NCBI GenBank assembly: GCA_044351075.1
Contig: JBILGL010000001.1
Location: 1-28,129 of the forward strand
Length of the DNA stretch: 28,129 nucleotides
Direction: 5' to 3'
Origin: Isosphaeraceae bacterium
GTDB taxonomy: Bacteria > Planctomycetota > Planctomycetia > Isosphaerales > Isosphaeraceae
Shown here: piece after piece, positions 1 through 9,192 of the stretch
How positions within the stretch are numbered: the stretch's first letter is position 1
How the letters are laid out: the number at the start of each line of letters is the position of its first letter
Made by a program: the position numbers and the translations under genes
Notes under the pieces: generated by a model
Told to the model about the DNA's origin: nothing
Seen by the model: the letters and a program-made list of their open reading frames with translations, nothing else
The model's database searches: none

Positions 1-1
1 T

Positions 2-1150
2 AATGATGGCCGAAAGGTAAAAACCGCTGCCGAGTGGCCGGCACGCCGGGCCGAGCTGCTGGAAAACGTCACTCGCGAAATGTTTGGCCGCCAGCCAACT
101 GCGAAAATTGAAATTCAGGCTGATCCAGCAGATGTTGTTGAAAATGCCCTTGGTGGCAAAGCGAAACGCAAGCTGGTGACGCTGCACCTGAAGCACGCCG
201 GCCGTGATTTGCCTGTTGATGTGCTGATTTACACCCCCAAAAATGCAACCGGCAAAGTGCCAGTTTTTCTTGGATTGAATTTTAATGGTAATCAGGCAGT
301 GACGAATGAAAAAGAGATTCCGATTACCAAAAGCTGGATTCGCAATAATGCAACTTCGGGAATGGTGAATAATCAGGCGACTGAAAAATCACGCGGCAGC
401 GAGGCCAGCCGATGGCAGGTGGAAAAGATTATCGAGCATGGTTATGGGCTGGTCACTGCATATTACGGCGACCTCGACCCCGACTTCGACGATGGCTTCA
501 ATAATGGTGTTCATAGCCTGTTTCGCAGCGCCAATGCCGCCGGACGTGCTCCTGACGCCTGGGGCTCCATCGCAGGCTGGGCCTGGGGTTTAAGCCGCAT
601 TCTGGATTATCTGGAAAATGAAAAAAATATCGACGCCACAAAAGTCGGCGTTGTTGGCCACTCGCGGCTGGGCAAAACATCGCTCTGGGCCGCCGTGACC
701 GATCCGCGATTTGCCATCGCTTATGTCAATAATTCCGGCTGTGGTGGTGCGGCGATTGAGCGACGCGAATTCGGCGAAACCGTTTTTCGTATCAATACGG
801 CCTTTCCGCACTGGTTTGCCGAAAACTTCCGCAAATACAATCAAAATGAAAGTCAAATGCCATTCGACGCTCATTCAATTGTATCGCTCGTCGCGCCCCG
901 GCCCATTTATATCGCCAGCGCACAGGATGACACCTGGGCCGACCCCAAAGGCGAATTTCTCGGCGGGCTGGGTGCTGATCCAGTCTATCGGCTGCTAACC
1001 GGCGAAGGCATGCCTGCAAAAGAGATGCCGGGCCTGTCGCAGCCGGTCATGGGCCGGATTGGCTATCACATCCGCCCCGGCAAGCATGATGTGACTGCCT
1101 ATGACTGGGATCAGTTCATTGCATTTGCCGATAAATATTGGAAGAAATGA
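2..1150 (+). CDS. CE15-family glucuronoyl esterase-like / acetylxylan esterase-like alpha/beta hydrolase, 5'-truncated by the window edge
   Basis: GHSRLGK nucleophile motif, NNSGCGGAA, DTWADPKGEF and GKHDVT His motif. The frame is open from position 2 (NDGRKVKTAAEWPARRAELL...), so the ATG at 80 is internal. Confidence 0.85.
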   Translation, partial: NDGRKVKTAAEWPARRAELLENVTREMFGRQPTAKIEIQADPADVVENALGGKAKRKLVTLHLKHAGRDLPVDVLIYTPKNATGKVPVFLGLNFNGNQAVTNEKEIPITKSWIRNNATSGMVNNQATEKSRGSEASRWQVEKIIEHGYGLVTAYYGDLDPDFDDGFNNGVHSLFRSANAAGRAPDAWGSIAGWAWGLSRILDYLENEKNIDATKVGVVGHSRLGKTSLWAAVTDPRFAIAYVNNSGCGGAAIERREFGETVFRINTAFPHWFAENFRKYNQNESQMPFDAHSIVSLVAPRPIYIASAQDDTWADPKGEFLGGLGADPVYRLLTGEGMPAKEMPGLSQPVMGRIGYHIRPGKHDVTAYDWDQFIAFADKYWKK

Positions 1151-1165
1151 AATTAAATTCTCTTG

Positions 1166-1192
1166 CCCCGGATCATTGCATTTGGTCCGGGG
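1166..1192. terminator. Hairpin between convergent genes (possible bidirectional terminator)
   Basis: CCCCGGATCA-ttgcatt-TGGTCCGGGG, 10-bp stem with one G-T pair, between the stops at 1150 (+) and 1245 (-). No strong U-tract. Confidence 0.5.
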
Positions 1193-1244
1193 AATCAGTT
1201 ATAAATTCTTAAAATAGTTGCATTAATTCGATTTACACAACACG

Positions 1245-1934
1245 TTATGTCAATTTCTGTTGCTCGCCTCTTAAATTGCCATCGCGGTCGGTCTGCCAGA
1301 CCTGCCCCGAATTGATATCCATGGCCGTTAGCCACTTGCCGCCGCAGCAGTGAGTGTCGATGCAAACAATATGGCCGGCGTCAAGAATCTTACCGTTTTT
1401 CTGCGAAGTGTGGCCAACAATTGCCCTTTTACCAGAGTAGTGCGGCTCGGGCAGATAGCCGCGAAGGCCCGTCCAGAGCAGCGTTTCAATCTCCTGCTCT
1501 TTCAGTGGCAGCCGAGGTTCATAGCAGGCATGCATGAAGATATGCTTGTCAGACTCCAGACAAAGCTCGCATGAAGCCAGAAAATCCATGTGCTCAGGCG
1601 GAATATCGCGAATGGCCCCATAGGCTTCAATCGTTTTGTCGCCGTCCATCTCAAGCCAGAGCCGGGGCTCAACCTGACCAAAAACCGCCGCCATCATCAC
1701 CTGGTCATGATTGCCCAGCAGCGGAAAGAGCCGGCACCGGCGCCGCAGGGCGATCAGTTGATCAAGCACGCCGGGCGTGTCGGGGCCTTTGTCCACATAA
1801 TCGCCCAGCGTGATGATCGCGTCCGACTCATCCGGATCAATCGCTTCGATGATCGATTCAAGTGCCAGCGAACAGCCATGAATGTCGCCAATCGCGATGA
1901 TCCGGCTATGTTCCTGCTGCCTGACGGGTCGCAT
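1245..1934 (-). CDS. Metallophosphoesterase (calcineurin-like; PrpA/ApaH-type Ser/Thr phosphatase family)
   Basis: GDIHG, GDYVDKG, GNHD, MHA, GHT and DT motifs. Start placed at ATG 1934 (MRPVRQQEHSRIIAIGD) rather than 2066, which would overlap the divergent gene. Confidence 0.88.
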   Translation of the reverse strand: MRPVRQQEHSRIIAIGDIHGCSLALESIIEAIDPDESDAIITLGDYVDKGPDTPGVLDQLIALRRRCRLFPLLGNHDQVMMAAVFGQVEPRLWLEMDGDKTIEAYGAIRDIPPEHMDFLASCELCLESDKHIFMHACYEPRLPLKEQEIETLLWTGLRGYLPEPHYSGKRAIVGHTSQKNGKILDAGHIVCIDTHCCGGKWLTAMDINSGQVWQTDRDGNLRGEQQKLT

Positions 1935-2059
1935 AAGTGGCCTTTCGTGGCGAATGGTCTTATGAATTGTGCTCTTATCTATTGACCGCAGCACTCCTGT
2001 AGATTCTAAGTAGAAGTAAACACAAAAGCGAATCACCCTGACTTCAGGATCATCCAGCA

Positions 2060-5000
2060 ATGTCATGCACCGTCATCCTCAAAAAGTTCGGCAAACGGCT
2101 ACTCTTCATTATTTTCGGCAGTTTGTTGCTGACGTCAGCCCCCTTTGCATCGGTGTCGGCTCAGGATGAAGCGTCTGTCACCCGTGCCGCTGAAGAACGT
2201 GGCGAAAAGCCCCGCAGCCTCGACGACCGCCTGAGTGTAACACTTTTTGCCGAACAGCCCCAAATCGTTACCCCCACCGGTCTTGATATCGATAACGCCG
2301 GCCGTGTCTGGGCGCTGGAATCAAACACCCACTTCCGGCCCGAGAATTACAAGGGGCATGGCTCAGACCGACTGCTCGTTTTCGAAGACGCCAACGGCGA
2401 CGGCAAGGCCGAGAAAGAGACCGTTTTCGCCGACGGTTTCAAATATGCCATGAGCGTGCTGGTGCGGCCCGGAGGCAAGGTTTATGTGGCCACCCGTCGC
2501 GAGGTCATTCTGCTGGAAGACGACAACGCCGATCTCAAGCCTGAGCGACGTAAAACCATTCTGACACTCGACACCAAAGGCGATTATCCGCACAACGGCT
2601 TGGCTGGGCTGGCGATTGATCCGCTGGATCATCTTTACATCGGTCTGGGTGAAAATCTGGGCGAAAATTACCGCCTGATCGGTTCTGATAATGAAACCCT
2701 GATCGGCGGCGGCGAAGGTGGCAATGTTTATCGCATGCGGCTGGATGGATCAGGGCTGAAGCAGGTGGCGACCGGCTTCTGGAATCCATTTGCCTCAGGC
2801 TTCGATGCGTTTGGCCGTCTTTTTACGGTGGATAATGACCCCGACAGTCGTCCGCCCTGTCGACTGATCCATATTGTGCCGGGCGGCGACTATGGCTACC
2901 GGTTTCGTAATGGGCGGCGAGGCACCCATCCATTCTCAGCCTGGAATGGTGAGATCGACGACACCCTGCCGATGACGGCTGGAACGGGCGAAGCTCCGTC
3001 GGGTGTGGCGGCTTATGAGGGCTCGTCGTTGCCTGCGGAATATCGCGGCAAGTTGCTGGCAACAAGCTGGGGCGACCACCGGCTTGATCTGTTTGAATTG
3101 CAATCGGTTGGGGCGGGGCTGAAAAGCCGCCTCAAGCCGCTGATTGTGGGCGGGGCAAACTTTCGACCGGTGGGCGTAGCGGTTGGGCCGGATGGTGCTA
3201 TTTATCTCACGGATTGGGTTCTGCGTGAATATACCATCCATGGCAAGGGGCGAATCTGGAAAATTCAGGCCAAAAATGCTCCGGCAGGTAACCAACGACA
3301 AATAAAATTGAATGAAATTGAGTCGGGCAAGCAGCCGGAATTGCATTTGGCTGATTCTGATATCGTTGTGCGTCGTGCTGCGGCCAGAAAAGCCGCCACC
3401 ACCAGGCATGGCCAGGGCGAACTCAGACTGGTATTGAAAGACGACGCAAAACCGATGCGGGCCAGGCTTGAATCGCTTTGGGCACTGGCCCGCATTCAGC
3501 CAAAGCAGGGGGGGCTGAGCGCGGAAGACTTGGGCGAACTGTTAAAATATCGCACGGTGCTGGCCACGGCTGCTGTGGAAGTGGCACGCATTTCGCCGTT
3601 TTATCAGTCAAATGAAATTAAAATTCCGAATTTGCCCGAGTGGCAGCAGGCCCTGCAGGAAGCCTGGCGCGACCCGGCCGACCCGATGGTCTCAACCGGC
3701 CCGAAGCAGGATTACGACCCCTATTTCCCGCTGGCAGTGCTTGATTACTGGACGAGCCACCCCAGCGAAAACTTACAGTGGCCCACCAGCGCCGAGCTTC
3801 AGCGCGGCTGGCTTGACCCGTTCATCAGGCGTGGGCTGATCCGCTTCATGGCGGTCCACCCGCGGCACGAAGGCAAAATCGAAGATTCGTGGAATGCTGC
3901 CGGTAGCACCACCGAAAAAGTCATGATTCTCTCGGCGGCTCGTATGTCAGAGCCTCGTAAAACCGAATGGGCCGCCCATGTGCTGGGCGATGACAACCCG
4001 CAGATTCGCCGCGAAGCCCTGCGATGGATCGCCGAAGAAGGGCTGAATCCACTTTTGCCAGACCTCGACCGCGTGCTTGATCAGCCAGGTGTTGATCTGA
4101 ACCTGATCACCGCCCTTTCTGCGGCGAAATGGCAGCTTGAGGGCAAAAAACCGGCCGATTGGGAAAAGCGAGGCCTGGGGCCCGACGCCGTGGGCTATCT
4201 CAGCCCGCGCTGGCCTGCCGGGCTTCGGCTGGCGGTTCTTCGCAGCCTGCCTGTGGGTGCCCCGGAATTAACAGAGAAGCTGCTGCTGGAATTGCTGAAT
4301 CAGGCGGAGGGCGAATTTCGGCAGAAGCTCATTTCGCGGCTGATCCAGCTCAAAAATCCGTCGGACGCTGCCGTAAAACTGGTTTTTGCCGAATGGGACA
4401 AAGCACCCTCCGCCGAATGGGCTGATGCACTGGCCGCATGGGCCAACATGACCAGCCCAAGCGCCGCAGAAACGCGAAAGCGACTGATAGCGACATTTGA
4501 AAAAGGCCCGATCGATTTGCAATTTGCCGCTGCCAGAAGTCTGCGAGGGCCCATTCAGGCCAAGGATGAAACAGCCCGAAAAGCCCTGCTTGATCGAGCC
4601 ATCTTTGCCGTGCGGCTAAAGAAAGAAGATGCCGCCGAATGGGCCGATCAGGCTCGGGTGGCTGTGGGGCTGGAATCAATGCCCGACGAGCTGAGGGAAG
4701 CCCTGCCGAATCGTCCGGCCGATTTGATAGCCTGGGTGCGTACGCTGACCGCTCCGGCAGATGTCGAAGCAGGGCGTCGCGTGTTTGCCCATCCGCAGGG
4801 GCCCGGTTGCCTGAATTGCCACAAGGTGCAGGGCTCGGGCGGGCTGGTGGGGCCTGACCTGACGACCTATGCCGCAGGCCGAACGCCCGAGACGATGATC
4901 CAGTCGATTTTAGCTCCGGCTGCTGAAGTTTCGCCGCAGTTTGCCCCCTGGGTGATTGAGCTGAAGGACGGCCGGACGCTGGAAGGCATGATCGTTGAAG

Positions 5001-5176
5001 AGAACACCGGTAAACTGACCATCGGCCGGGCCGATGGTTCAACCGAGACGGTGAATTCTGGCGATGTCTCTGCCCGGTCGCCTCAATCCGGCTCGATCAT
5101 GCTTCCCGGCCTTGTTGATCGTATGACACTTGGCGAATTTCGCCAGCTTGTCGGTTATCTGCGAAGTTTGAAGTGA
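2060..5176 (+). CDS. PVC-type heme-binding CxxCH protein (glucose/sorbosone dehydrogenase-like beta-propeller + HEAT-like helices + C-terminal cytochrome c)
   Basis: N-terminal signal peptide; LFAEQPQIVTP, DANGDGKA, GFWNPF, DNDPD and FRPVGV motifs of planctomycete membrane-bound dehydrogenase domains; CLNCH at 4808-4822 followed by GGLVGPDLT and SIMLPGL. Confidence 0.88.
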   Translation: MSCTVILKKFGKRLLFIIFGSLLLTSAPFASVSAQDEASVTRAAEERGEKPRSLDDRLSVTLFAEQPQIVTPTGLDIDNAGRVWALESNTHFRPENYKGHGSDRLLVFEDANGDGKAEKETVFADGFKYAMSVLVRPGGKVYVATRREVILLEDDNADLKPERRKTILTLDTKGDYPHNGLAGLAIDPLDHLYIGLGENLGENYRLIGSDNETLIGGGEGGNVYRMRLDGSGLKQVATGFWNPFASGFDAFGRLFTVDNDPDSRPPCRLIHIVPGGDYGYRFRNGRRGTHPFSAWNGEIDDTLPMTAGTGEAPSGVAAYEGSSLPAEYRGKLLATSWGDHRLDLFELQSVGAGLKSRLKPLIVGGANFRPVGVAVGPDGAIYLTDWVLREYTIHGKGRIWKIQAKNAPAGNQRQIKLNEIESGKQPELHLADSDIVVRRAAARKAATTRHGQGELRLVLKDDAKPMRARLESLWALARIQPKQGGLSAEDLGELLKYRTVLATAAVEVARISPFYQSNEIKIPNLPEWQQALQEAWRDPADPMVSTGPKQDYDPYFPLAVLDYWTSHPSENLQWPTSAELQRGWLDPFIRRGLIRFMAVHPRHEGKIEDSWNAAGSTTEKVMILSAARMSEPRKTEWAAHVLGDDNPQIRREALRWIAEEGLNPLLPDLDRVLDQPGVDLNLITALSAAKWQLEGKKPADWEKRGLGPDAVGYLSPRWPAGLRLAVLRSLPVGAPELTEKLLLELLNQAEGEFRQKLISRLIQLKNPSDAAVKLVFAEWDKAPSAEWADALAAWANMTSPSAAETRKRLIATFEKGPIDLQFAAARSLRGPIQAKDETARKALLDRAIFAVRLKKEDAAEWADQARVAVGLESMPDELREALPNRPADLIAWVRTLTAPADVEAGRRVFAHPQGPGCLNCHKVQGSGGLVGPDLTTYAAGRTPETMIQSILAPAAEVSPQFAPWVIELKDGRTLEGMIVEENTGKLTIGRADGSTETVNSGDVSARSPQSGSIMLPGLVDRMTLGEFRQLVGYLRSLK

Positions 5177-5197
5177 TTTTCAGCATGAAATGAAATC

Positions 5198-5253
5198 GTA
5201 GGGCACGTGCAACGTGCCAATCCTTTGAATTCGGCACGTTGCACTGGACCTAA
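5198..5253. repeat. REP doublet (REPIN-like): GTAG-type REP plus a degenerate inverted copy
   Basis: GTAG (5198-5201) followed by the perfect palindrome GGCACGT-GCA-ACGTGCC (5202-5218). Inverted copy at 5233-5253 (reverse complement TTAGGTCCAGTGCAACGTGCC, 17/21 identical). Confidence 0.65.
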
Positions 5254-5564
5254 GACTGAAGGCAATTGGTCGGGTCTTTGCTCTTTTGTCCTAGAGAATG
5301 TCCAAAATTATATGGTTAATATTGACATTGTATGATTTTAAGTTATTTTGATAATTATCATCAATCTGCAGTTGACACTCGCAATGGAGTAACGAAAAGT
5401 CATCTTCTAGCATAACCTAGGCTTCAATTTCAATTTTAGATGGATATTCGTAGCATCTTTGATATTGAAGTAGTCGCCTAATATTTGTGCTGACAGAATT
5501 ACGCCAGCACTATGTATGCCTAAGATATCAATTTAAAATTCTACAAGTCATGGAAGGAACCATC

Positions 5565-6503
5565 ATGTCGGCTCGGCAAATCACTTCATTAGGAAAAATT
5601 TATTGCATGATTGTTTTTGCAATACATCTGCAATGTCATTGTGAATTTGCACGAGCCGCTGATTCCGACATTAATAAATTTATGAAAGAATATGGCAATG
5701 CTGCTAAAGATATTGAAAATCATTTTGAGCGGTTGAGAGGCACTTGTAAGCTGTCGCGACAAGTTGATCTAAAATCAAAAACACGTTTGATCGATAATGC
5801 CACTTTTAATATTGACCATGGAAGCAAGAAGGTCTCGATTCTGAGGTCGCTGAACTCAGGAGAAAAGGGAGATCGCCCGGAATTTGTATATTGTATTGCT
5901 CCTGATTATTCCTTTACAATCGCGCGTAAACCGGGGGAGAAATCGTTTGAGGTTCGTGGTATTGGGTCTGATAAATCCGATATTGTTTCTTACGATAACA
6001 AATTTGGCAGATTTTTATTTGCCCCATTTTCAATTTATGATCAGCCTTTATCAAAATCGGTTCTTTCTAAAAATTTTGAGATTGTTTCGGCACTTGAAGT
6101 TAAACCGAATCAGTTTGAACTTGAATATCTCATGGGTTCAAATCTTAATAATAAAAAAGATAGGATAAAACTGGTTTTGGACCCCTCAAGAGGATGGGTC
6201 ATTAAAAGTGGTGTGATTTTACCAGGTTCAATTGGCGGAAATGTGAAAATTGAATTTCAAATCGATTATCAGAATGAAGGTACAATAACCCTTCCGAAAC
6301 GTGTTAGATATCTCGAACCGACTGGCCTTGAAACGATCTGCGAATTCACTTCAATTTCAACTGATCCGACAAATGAGAATGAATTTAAAATGGCATTTTA
6401 CGGGCTACCTGAAATGACTCGATCCGGAAACAATTCGACCAGATCCCTTTTTTCGATTTTACTAAGCATGGCTTTGCTTGGGTTAATCGTTGGGGCGGTC
6501 TGA
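5565..6503 (+). CDS. Hypothetical exported protein with C-terminal transmembrane anchor (beta-rich, possibly LolA-like fold)
   Basis: ATG 5565 preceded by GGAAGGA; signal-peptide-like N-terminus ending FARA; C-terminal FKMAFYGLPE followed by hydrophobic SLFSILLSMALLGLIVGAV. The fold is an inference. Confidence 0.7.
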   Translation: MSARQITSLGKIYCMIVFAIHLQCHCEFARAADSDINKFMKEYGNAAKDIENHFERLRGTCKLSRQVDLKSKTRLIDNATFNIDHGSKKVSILRSLNSGEKGDRPEFVYCIAPDYSFTIARKPGEKSFEVRGIGSDKSDIVSYDNKFGRFLFAPFSIYDQPLSKSVLSKNFEIVSALEVKPNQFELEYLMGSNLNNKKDRIKLVLDPSRGWVIKSGVILPGSIGGNVKIEFQIDYQNEGTITLPKRVRYLEPTGLETICEFTSISTDPTNENEFKMAFYGLPEMTRSGNNSTRSLFSILLSMALLGLIVGAV

Positions 6504-6609
6504 GGTATCGTAATCATAAAACCCTGAAAACTATCAACCCTGCTGAATAACCTAATTGGCTTTGAAATTCAACTTCAATGAGATCTATTGATGTTCAAGG
6601 GATGAAACA

Positions 6610-7686
6610 ATGGCTCTTAGATTCCAGAATGATTGTAAAAATCATTTAGATAGAAATCGTTATTCAGGTTTTACACTTATTGAGATTCTCGTTGTCATTT
6701 TGATTATTACATTGCTTATTGGATTACTATTACCAGCCGTTCAAGCGGCACGCGAATCAGCAAGACGTACCGTTTGCGTAAATAATCTCAAGCAAATGAC
6801 ATTAGCTTGCGGAAATTACCACGATGTTCATCAATTCTTACCTAAAGGAAGATCGTATATCATAGAGCCTGGTTATAGTAACACCAGTTACCCTTGTACA
6901 TCTATCATCATTGACCGAAGCTTTCAGATAGCTATTCTGCCTTATATTGAACAATCAAACATTTATCATTCAATTAATACGTCTCGTTCAATATTTGAAA
7001 GACAAAATCAATCAGTCTTTTCAACGGTCATTAACACCTTCGCCTGTCCGAGTGATCCGGATGCGGGCCAACCAAGGCCAGGTTATTCCATAGCCGACGC
7101 CATTTACAGATCTTTTAATCCGTCTGAACCGATGCGACTCTCTGCGACAAGTTATGCCGGAGTTCGTGGCTCATCAATTTTTTCGCCATTTCCATTGCCC
7201 GATTGCACTGTGCCACGTAATCGAATAGCCGATTCCAATGGTTCTATTACGGATATACATGTCTCAATTGCTATGGTGACTGATGGAACGTCAAATACAA
7301 TGGCGATTGCCGAAAAATCGGTTTCAACATTACGTCCACTTCCCACCAGTCAATCCGGGAAACCGTCTCCATTTGAATTCAAAGGCTGGTGGTTTTCGGG
7401 TGATACTGGCGACACGCTGGTTTCAACGTTCTATCCACCTAATGCTTATAGCATTTATCCAAAATCTTCGGTTGAAGCTTGGACCGTTTCTGCTTCGAGT
7501 TTGCATCCGGGTGGCGTGAATGTTTCCATGGTTGACGGTTCAGTTCGTTTCGTCAAAGATACTGTTCAGTCCTGGCATGCAGGAATTGAGGGTTTCATTG
7601 ATTTGAGCCGATTACAAAATCCTGGAATTTGGCAGGCTTTAGGAACAAGAAATGGTGGTGAAGCTATTAGTTCAGATTCATATTAA
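6610..7686 (+). CDS. DUF1559 protein with prepilin-type N-terminal cleavage/methylation motif and H-X9-DG motif
   Basis: GFTLIEILVVILIITLLIGLLLPAVQAARESARR, CVNNLKQM, FACPSDP, DGTSNT and SSLHPGGVNVSMVDGSVRFVKD. Confidence 0.93.
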   Translation: MALRFQNDCKNHLDRNRYSGFTLIEILVVILIITLLIGLLLPAVQAARESARRTVCVNNLKQMTLACGNYHDVHQFLPKGRSYIIEPGYSNTSYPCTSIIIDRSFQIAILPYIEQSNIYHSINTSRSIFERQNQSVFSTVINTFACPSDPDAGQPRPGYSIADAIYRSFNPSEPMRLSATSYAGVRGSSIFSPFPLPDCTVPRNRIADSNGSITDIHVSIAMVTDGTSNTMAIAEKSVSTLRPLPTSQSGKPSPFEFKGWWFSGDTGDTLVSTFYPPNAYSIYPKSSVEAWTVSASSLHPGGVNVSMVDGSVRFVKDTVQSWHAGIEGFIDLSRLQNPGIWQALGTRNGGEAISSDSY

Positions 7687-7817
7687 TTCGCTCATAAAAA
7701 CACTAGTTTTATAATTTCACTCATAGTAATAGGTTAGAAATGGATCAAAGACTTGGATTTCACATGATAAATCCTGCCCTACGATAAAATTAAAATCTAT
7801 TGTTATAGAAAAATAAT

Positions 7818-7853
7818 AAATCCGCGCCGGTTGCAATAAACCGGCCCGGATTT
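7818..7853 (-). terminator. Rho-independent terminator of the Ntn-hydrolase gene (possibly bidirectional)
   Basis: AAATCCG-c-GCCGGTT-gcaata-AACCGGC-c-CGGATTT, 18 bp downstream of the stop at 7872, followed by a T-rich tract on the minus strand. Confidence 0.7.
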
Positions 7854-7871
7854 CATTTCGCGAAATTGCAA

Positions 7872-8915
7872 TTATTCAGGTTTGGCTGGCAGGAAAGCGA
7901 ATGGCTGGGCGTTTTTCATTTGCTTCACAGCGTTGCCGCTGTAAGTTTCACCACCCTTAAGGGCCAGTTTTTTCACGCTGGCATTTTCAGAAAAATCGAT
8001 ATCAGCCAATTCCAGCCAGAAGACATTCGGGCTTGTGGCTGAATCAAAATAGAAAATACGGCTTTTCTGGTTATAGGCGGTGCGCCAGATGGTGCTGGCT
8101 ATGTTTGGGGCGCCTGGTGTTGTCAGGCCCAGCGGCACAGAGACGCTTCGAATGATGCTGAAAACCATTGCAACTGACTTGGCTTCATCCGCAGATTTGG
8201 GCAGATTATTGACATAAAACGAAGCCCTTGCGAAGCGATCGGAGGCTCGGCTGGTGCCGGGTAACATCACCATGCCGCCAATTTCCTCCCAGTATTTATT
8301 CAGGGCAAGTTGTTCGTCGAATGTCGGGGAATTTGTCATCACCTGATATTTGCGGTCGTGATGGATCACCAACTTGCCACCGACATACTCAAAAATCGCA
8401 GAATCGCCAGAAGGGTCGGAAATGGAGAGGTGCCCCTGGGCCGGTTCCTTGTTCGGCAAGATTGGCGCGATGATCGTAAATGGCTCCTGTCGCAGGCCTT
8501 TCACGGCTTCGGCAACGGTTGCATAGTTATCCAGTGTGTATTGAGCCCATGCGGCAATGGAGAGATTGGGCCTGTTGGCCACTGGCTTACCGTAATTTGA
8601 TTCCACCAGATAAAGCACATTGGCAACAAGGCCTTTTTCATTGATGCCATCGACGCTGGCCACGCCGTAGAATGTGCAAACAACCGAGCCATATTTGCTC
8701 GTCCATTTCATCGAATTCGGTCCGGCGGCTCCGTCGCGAGCCATACCGCGCGGAAAGCTGTAGATTTCAGATCCCGGGTCTTCGGCCCAGTCCATTGAGC
8801 GGGCAACAAATACATTATTATTCGGCCCAAGATAAACGCAGCGGGTGCATGCATTCGCAACACCGGCCGCCATACCTGAAATCAAGGCAAGAGTGAATAA
8901 AAGTTGTTTGGTCAT
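7872..8915 (-). CDS. Secreted linear amide C-N hydrolase (choloylglycine hydrolase / penicillin V acylase family, Ntn hydrolase)
   Basis: AGGAGG RBS upstream of ATG 8915; signal peptide MTKQLLFTLALISGMAAGVANA followed by CTR (N-terminal Cys nucleophile); RSMDW, DGINEKGL, MTNSP, PGTSRASDRF and STIWRT motifs. The extension to 9176 is considered non-coding. Confidence 0.9.
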   Translation of the reverse strand: MTKQLLFTLALISGMAAGVANACTRCVYLGPNNNVFVARSMDWAEDPGSEIYSFPRGMARDGAAGPNSMKWTSKYGSVVCTFYGVASVDGINEKGLVANVLYLVESNYGKPVANRPNLSIAAWAQYTLDNYATVAEAVKGLRQEPFTIIAPILPNKEPAQGHLSISDPSGDSAIFEYVGGKLVIHHDRKYQVMTNSPTFDEQLALNKYWEEIGGMVMLPGTSRASDRFARASFYVNNLPKSADEAKSVAMVFSIIRSVSVPLGLTTPGAPNIASTIWRTAYNQKSRIFYFDSATSPNVFWLELADIDFSENASVKKLALKGGETYSGNAVKQMKNAQPFAFLPAKPE

Positions 8916-9130
8916 TCGTGTTTTCCTCCTGAGATTGTCAGATGATTTTGAAAAGCCAGGATGAGCAATGAAACCGGGCTGACGTGCTTCTCTACTCTTT
9001 AAGTGAATCATAGTCATTTTCCTTTTCAGGAGCAAATTTTGTAAGGAGATATTGATACATCTGCAATGATTAATGAAATGATTGAATTTCGTTTTATTAC
9101 AATTTCCAAGACAAAAATCATTGAAATTGA

Positions 9131-9157
9131 AAAAAACCGCCTGAAAAGGCGGTTTTT
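9131..9157 (-). terminator. Rho-independent terminator downstream of fliA
   Basis: AAAAACCGCCT-gaaa-AGGCGGTTTTT perfect 11-bp stem; T-tract on the minus strand; 35 bp after the fliA stop. Confidence 0.85.
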
Positions 9158-9192
9158 GGTTTTGTTCAGATATCAATGAATTTCGGTGTCAA

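Larger units (their letters stand above)
5254..7815. other. AT-rich two-gene island (exported protein + DUF1559 protein)
   Basis: Visibly AT-rich sequence and A/T-ending codons compared with flanking genes. Bounded by the REP doublet on the left and a terminator hairpin on the right. Confidence 0.65.

Noticed and set aside
1935-2066. N-terminal extension of the metallophosphoesterase
   Set aside because: Overlaps the start of the divergent gene at 2060; family motifs begin only after Met at 1934.
4350-5042. 230-aa antisense ORF in the heme-binding protein gene
   Set aside because: Arg/Pro/Ser-rich off-frame translation typical of GC-rich DNA.
6501-6527. Possible premature stop or readthrough at the end of the 5565-6503 gene (TGA then GIVIIKP)
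   Set aside because: Readthrough adds only 7 residues before another TGA; there is no evidence for recoding or pseudogenisation.
8916-9176. 87-aa N-terminal extension of the Ntn hydrolase in the ORF track
   Set aside because: It runs through the fliA terminator and AT-rich promoter DNA; AGGAGG and the signal peptide support ATG 8915.
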